This document shows positions 62,085-64,000 of a DNA stretch of 64,000 bases, in pieces; the first letter of the stretch is position 1, and each line of letters begins with the position of its first letter. The DNA is taken from positions 64,001-128,000 of the forward strand of contig CAVRCI010000014.1 of NCBI GenBank assembly GCA_963719495.1. Direction: 5' to 3'. Below the pieces are notes generated by a model. That model was not told where the DNA came from, made no database searches, and saw nothing but the letters and a program-made list of their open reading frames with translations. The position numbers and the translations under genes are program-made. Source of the stretch: an uncultured Verrucomicrobiae bacterium. Lineage in GTDB: Bacteria > Verrucomicrobiota > Verrucomicrobiia > Chthoniobacterales > JAATET01.

Positions 62085-64000
62085 TCAAGAATTTTTCCGA
62101 CGTCGTCGAAGTCGCACCAGAATGAGCGCGGCGGCGAGGGCGGGCGGCAGAAGGGCAAAGAACTTGGGTTCCGGGACGGCTACGGCGACGGCGGCGACGC
62201 GAAAGCCGAAGGAAGAAAGTTCCAAGGCCGGATCGGTTGTGAAGGGTTGCGCCGAATCGAGAAAGAATACCGGGGCGTTCCAGTGTCCGCCGCGCGCGAT
62301 CCGGGTCTCGGTGCCGGAGTCGATGAACCCGTCGGAAGGACTTTCGGTCCACTCGAAGACGTTGCCGATCTGACCGACCGTTCCGTAGAAGCTTTGCCCG
62401 CCGGCGTTGTCGACGGCAGCGGGACCGGCGAAGTTGCCGCGTTGATACACCGCGGTGTTTGCCAGGGTGCCGCCGCTGACGGACGTCGGCGCGGTATCAC
62501 TCCCGGTGGCGTAGTCGAAGTAAGTGTCCCCGCTTCCGCTGTAGAACGCCGCCTTATACCACTCGTTCTCGGTCGGCAGGAAATACACCGCGTTGCTGTT
62601 CCGGAAGGGATTGCTCGGATTGTAGCCCGGGTCGGCGGAGGTCCAGAGGAGGTTGCTGGCGTTGGCGTCGTAGCCGGAATCGCCGGACTGAAGGTCGAAC
62701 TTGTAGGCCGCGGAGTGGCCGTGACTGGTGTTGAGCCAGTTGACGAATCGGGCCGCCTCGAACCAGGAGATTCCCGACGCGGGTCGGTTGTCGCCGTTGC
62801 CCCGACCGACGTTGTTGCGGTCGTAATCGAAGACCGTGATCCCGAGGCCACCTCCACCGGAGGCGACTGGGGCGTTGGCGGCGAGGACGTTCGCCCGGCT
62901 GACCTCGAAGGTGCCCATCCGGAAAGGATTCGTCACCGCACCGGACGGAGCGAAAAAGCTGCCGGTCGTGCCACGATCGGCGGGATTCCCCGGATTGCCG
63001 ACCGTCACGAATTCCAGCGTGAACTCGTTCGTACCGCTCCCGAAGACGTCGGCCCGAAGCGCCGTCGGGGTCGACAGCGTCAAGCAACCGGTGAGTGCCA
63101 ACGCGACGACCGACCCGTTTGGGCTCACGGACTTCGCGCTTCTCCCGCGAAGTCGCCGAGCCATTAGCAACGTGCCACCGAGGGCAAGCAGGACGAGCGT
63201 GCCGGGTTCGGGGACGGCGACTACGGCGAGGGTGCCGGTCGCGGCGAAGGCGGACGTGTCCCAGGCAAGGCCGGCACCCAACGTGGGCAGTAGGAACTCG
63301 GCGTTCGCTCCGACGAGGATCGCGCCAGCGTCCACAAGGTCGTAGCGATCCCCAGCCGTGGGTCGGTAGTCGCCGAAGAGCGAGACTTCGAGGTCGCCCG
63401 AAAGCGTCAGGACGCCGTCGATCGTCAGGCGATCGAAGTTGTCGAGATCGAACAGGTCGAAAACGATGGTTCCGGCCAGATCGATCTCGACGTTGCCGGT
63501 GAAGGCGATCGTCGCCGTCCCGAGATCGTCGCCGGGGGCGAGGGTTCCGGAGAAGACGGCATCGCCGGTCCCGGTGAAACGGCCGCGGCCGGAAACGTCG
63601 CCGGTCAGGCGGGATTCGCCCGTCACGTCCACCGACGAGTTTCCGAAGGTGCGGAGCGTGCCGTCGATCGTGCCGTCATCGAGGGTGATGCGGGTGAAGT
63701 TGTCGATCCCGCCGACTCCGCCGTCGATGGAGCCGCCGAAGACCTGGAGGGTGCCGATATTCGTGATTCCCTCTTGCGCGACGAGCCGGCCGAGGACGAA
63801 CAGATCGTCCTGGTGGGTCAGCGCTCCCTCGTAGGTGAGCGACCCGTTGGTCGGCACGAACTCGTCGTTGCCGAAGAGGCCGGGGGAGCCGATGAAGTCG
63901 GTTTGCCCGGCGTTGCGGATGGTCACGTCGGTGTCGAACCACCGGAGATTGCCAACACCGCGGGTGACCTGGATGCTCTCGGCGCTGAAGGTGCCCCCCA
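62085..64000 (-). CDS. Surface protein ORF (5' end outside window): beta-helix/passenger-like domain + PEP-CTERM, in frame with an FGE-sulfatase (SUMF1) domain + second PEP-CTERM
   Basis: VPEP at 63204-63215 and 62166-62177; FVTVGNPGN, AARFVNWL, LPTENEWYKAA, GNVFEW, RGG.W, GFRVA; frame open to the window end. Confidence 0.85.
   Translation of the reverse strand, partial: GGTFSAESIQVTRGVGNLRWFDTDVTIRNAGQTDFIGSPGLFGNDEFVPTNGSLTYEGALTHQDDLFVLGRLVAQEGITNIGTLQVFGGSIDGGVGGIDNFTRITLDDGTIDGTLRTFGNSSVDVTGESRLTGDVSGRGRFTGTGDAVFSGTLAPGDDLGTATIAFTGNVEIDLAGTIVFDLFDLDNFDRLTIDGVLTLSGDLEVSLFGDYRPTAGDRYDLVDAGAILVGANAEFLLPTLGAGLAWDTSAFAATGTLAVVAVPEPGTLVLLALGGTLLMARRLRGRSAKSVSPNGSVVALALTGCLTLSTPTALRADVFGSGTNEFTLEFVTVGNPGNPADRGTTGSFFAPSGAVTNPFRMGTFEVSRANVLAANAPVASGGGGLGITVFDYDRNNVGRGNGDNRPASGISWFEAARFVNWLNTSHGHSAAYKFDLQSGDSGYDANASNLLWTSADPGYNPSNPFRNSNAVYFLPTENEWYKAAFYSGSGDTYFDYATGSDTAPTSVSGGTLANTAVYQRGNFAGPAAVDNAGGQSFYGTVGQIGNVFEWTESPSDGFIDSGTETRIARGGHWNAPVFFLDSAQPFTTDPALELSSFGFRVAAVAVAVPEPKFFALLPPALAAALILVRLRRRRKNS

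Noticed and set aside
62190..62310. Diversity-generating retroelement variable region in the FGE/CLec domain
   Set aside because: The fold is a known DGR target type, but I found no template repeat or reverse transcriptase in the window.
1..64000. tRNA/rRNA genes
   Set aside because: None recognised by eye; tRNAscan-SE/barrnap would be needed to exclude them.

Overview
High-GC bacterial DNA, most likely Verrucomicrobiota (Chthoniobacter/Terrimicrobium-like), judged from the Verru_Chthon cassette, PEP-CTERM proteins and C-rich leaders. It falls into four blocks. (1) 1-22.6 kb is a carbohydrate-utilisation island: deoC, a four-gene pilin-like Verru_Chthon cassette (B, C, A, D; A heavily frameshifted), two PEP-CTERM + GH74-like gene pairs, GH4, GH20, a LacI regulator with candidate operators, a prepilin-type protein, and GH28-like and DUF4038 hydrolases. 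(2) 22.6-27.3 kb is a head-to-tail array of a 126-bp element with terminal inverted repeats. Its units share one fixed end and carry variable captured DNA. Two units hold an IS110-family element inserted at the same nucleotide, and the IS 3' non-coding region contains segments matching its target and donor (bridge-RNA-like). A GH3 gene follows the array. (3) 29.4-57.7 kb is a strongly G-skewed core-like region (ABC-F, ABC exporter, recG, recJ, ppc, ECF sigma with three paralogous membrane proteins) with many palindromic repeats. recG carries an intact-looking REP-associated tyrosine transposase (RAYT) domain plus its REPs as an in-frame insertion. (4) 57.7-64 kb holds gene relics, a VapBC-type pair and an ORF with two PEP-CTERM signals. 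All calls come from motif recognition by eye; no searches were run.
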